Source: Mytilus trossulus
Taxonomy: Eukaryota
Length of the DNA stretch: 64,000 nucleotides
Reading direction: 5' to 3'
Assembly: GCF_036588685.1 (NCBI RefSeq)
Contig: NC_086373.1
Span: 25,978,001 to 26,042,000, forward strand
Position numbers and translations under genes: made by a program. The stretch's first letter is position 1, and the number at the start of each line of letters is the position of its first letter. The notes under the pieces are model-generated. The model was not told the DNA's origin, did not search any database, and worked only from the letters and a program-made list of their open reading frames with translations. Shown one piece after another: positions 62,522-64,000 of the stretch.

Positions 62522-63812
62522 CTGAAACCAAGTAGTATCTACAGGTTACATTCTGAAAATGATCTTTTATAAAATTGTATTACAACAAAGAAATACACCA
62601 AAAGGAATACACATTAAATATGTTTAGTCTAAAATTTTTGCAAAAAACTATTTCAAATTAAAAACATATGTACCGGTATACTGTAGCAAAACAGTAGCAA
62701 TGAAAACCTTTGAAGAAGGCATGATACTCAATAAAGTCAATGACAAGCACCTATGCATATCATCACCAATGCTTTGTTATCTCTAAAAGTAATTTCCAGA
62801 ACTTAAATTATGTTATTGTTCATAAAATAATAAGTTGACCTTAGAAAACTTTGTATGTTCTATTTATCCCTATTTGGGATTTATATTCTCAATCATTTCA
62901 TATATTGCACTTTCCAAACTTTTTGCCTCAAGTGTACCAAAATGAAGGCAAGAAACATAAAATTTCGCATTATACACTATTAAAAGTATCCAGAATTTAA
63001 TTCACTGGGTGATCAAATAAAAAGATTATGTTTTATACAAAACAAACTTTAAAGGACTTTAAAAACTACAACACACTATACACCCAGTATATGTGGATAC
63101 ATGATTTTAATGTGTACCAATTTGCTTGAATTAAGGAAACCTTGCATTTTCATGGATATTTAATTTGATGGTTGTGCTGAGGTCTGCATACAAACCTATA
63201 GAAAATTTGCTTAACTTTGGACATTCAATGTTGTGCTCCACCTGTACCCAAGAAAACCATAAAAGTTGGTATCCAGGCGAAAAATAATGAATCCACAATA
63301 ATCGCTACTTAAGGATGATTTAAACTGAATTTTCTTTATACTTTAGATTACTGAAAAACATAACATGTGCCCTTATAGAGAAAACTATTTGTGGCAAGAA
63401 TACAACTAACAATTATATTATAATGATAATAGGGATGGTATACTTTATTATAGACAACTGATCAGCAAGTCTATCTACATCAGTCATGTTTGTAACTCTT
63501 TGATCATCTACGTCAGTGAAGTAACTGTAATCCTGAAATACAGAAAGGAAATACTATACATACCACCCTATTGATATTATCACTAAATCTTGTAAAAAAA
63601 CAAAAATACAATGTCAGAAATTCAAAGGTGGAGGACTTCTTCTTTTGTAAGGATCCCTGCAACACTTTTCTAAACCTTTTTGTTACTTTGTATTTTTCAA
63701 AAACTCTCTTGAATAGTTCCATATTTTCTACTTATTAAATCTGGCTTTATTTGTCAGACTGGTTGTTGTCTCTTTGCAACATTCCCCCTTTTCATTCTCA
63801 ATTTAATAATAT

Positions 63813-64000
63813 AACAAGAATGTGTTCCCAGTACACAGATGCCCCACTCCCACTATCATTTTCTATGTTCAGTGGACCTTGAAATTGGGGTCAGAACTCT
63901 AATGTGGCATTAAAATTAGAAAGATCATATCATAAGGAACATGCATACTAAGTTTCAGGATGATTGGACCTCAACTTCATCAAAAACTACCTCAACCAAA
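63813..64000 (-). mobile_element. Family A element, cut by the window edge
   Basis: AACAAGAATGTGTTCCCAGTACACAGATGCCCC, homologous to 61157 onward. Confidence 0.75.

Overview
AT-rich, intron-containing animal genomic DNA; the interspersed repeats suggest a bivalve, probably Mytilus (inference). Left: 13 coding exons of an SFMBT-family Polycomb gene (+ strand; MBT repeats, SLED, SAM), whose 5' end lies outside the window, with a disrupted RTE-type LINE in the upstream intron. Right: the last six coding exons of DNAJC2/ZRF1 (- strand). Between these two convergent genes lies a ~27 kb head-to-tail array (23457-50489) of 16 near-identical ~1.72 kb units. Each unit is a compact intronless gene: a motif-rich spacer, a TATA box, a 245-aa TSSK-like kinase ORF and a polyA signal. 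Thirteen ORFs are intact, one is 5'-truncated, one is frameshifted and one has a nonsense codon; a decayed remnant lies at 51.8-52.2 kb. The kinase keeps its catalytic residues but lacks the Gly-rich loop, has HND for HRD, has Glu at the activation-loop Thr position, is very acidic and has strong codon bias. It is a candidate recently amplified, phosphorylation-independent germline kinase or pseudokinase system. The rest is non-autonomous transposons (Helentron-associated-like, hAT, Tc1/mariner-type).
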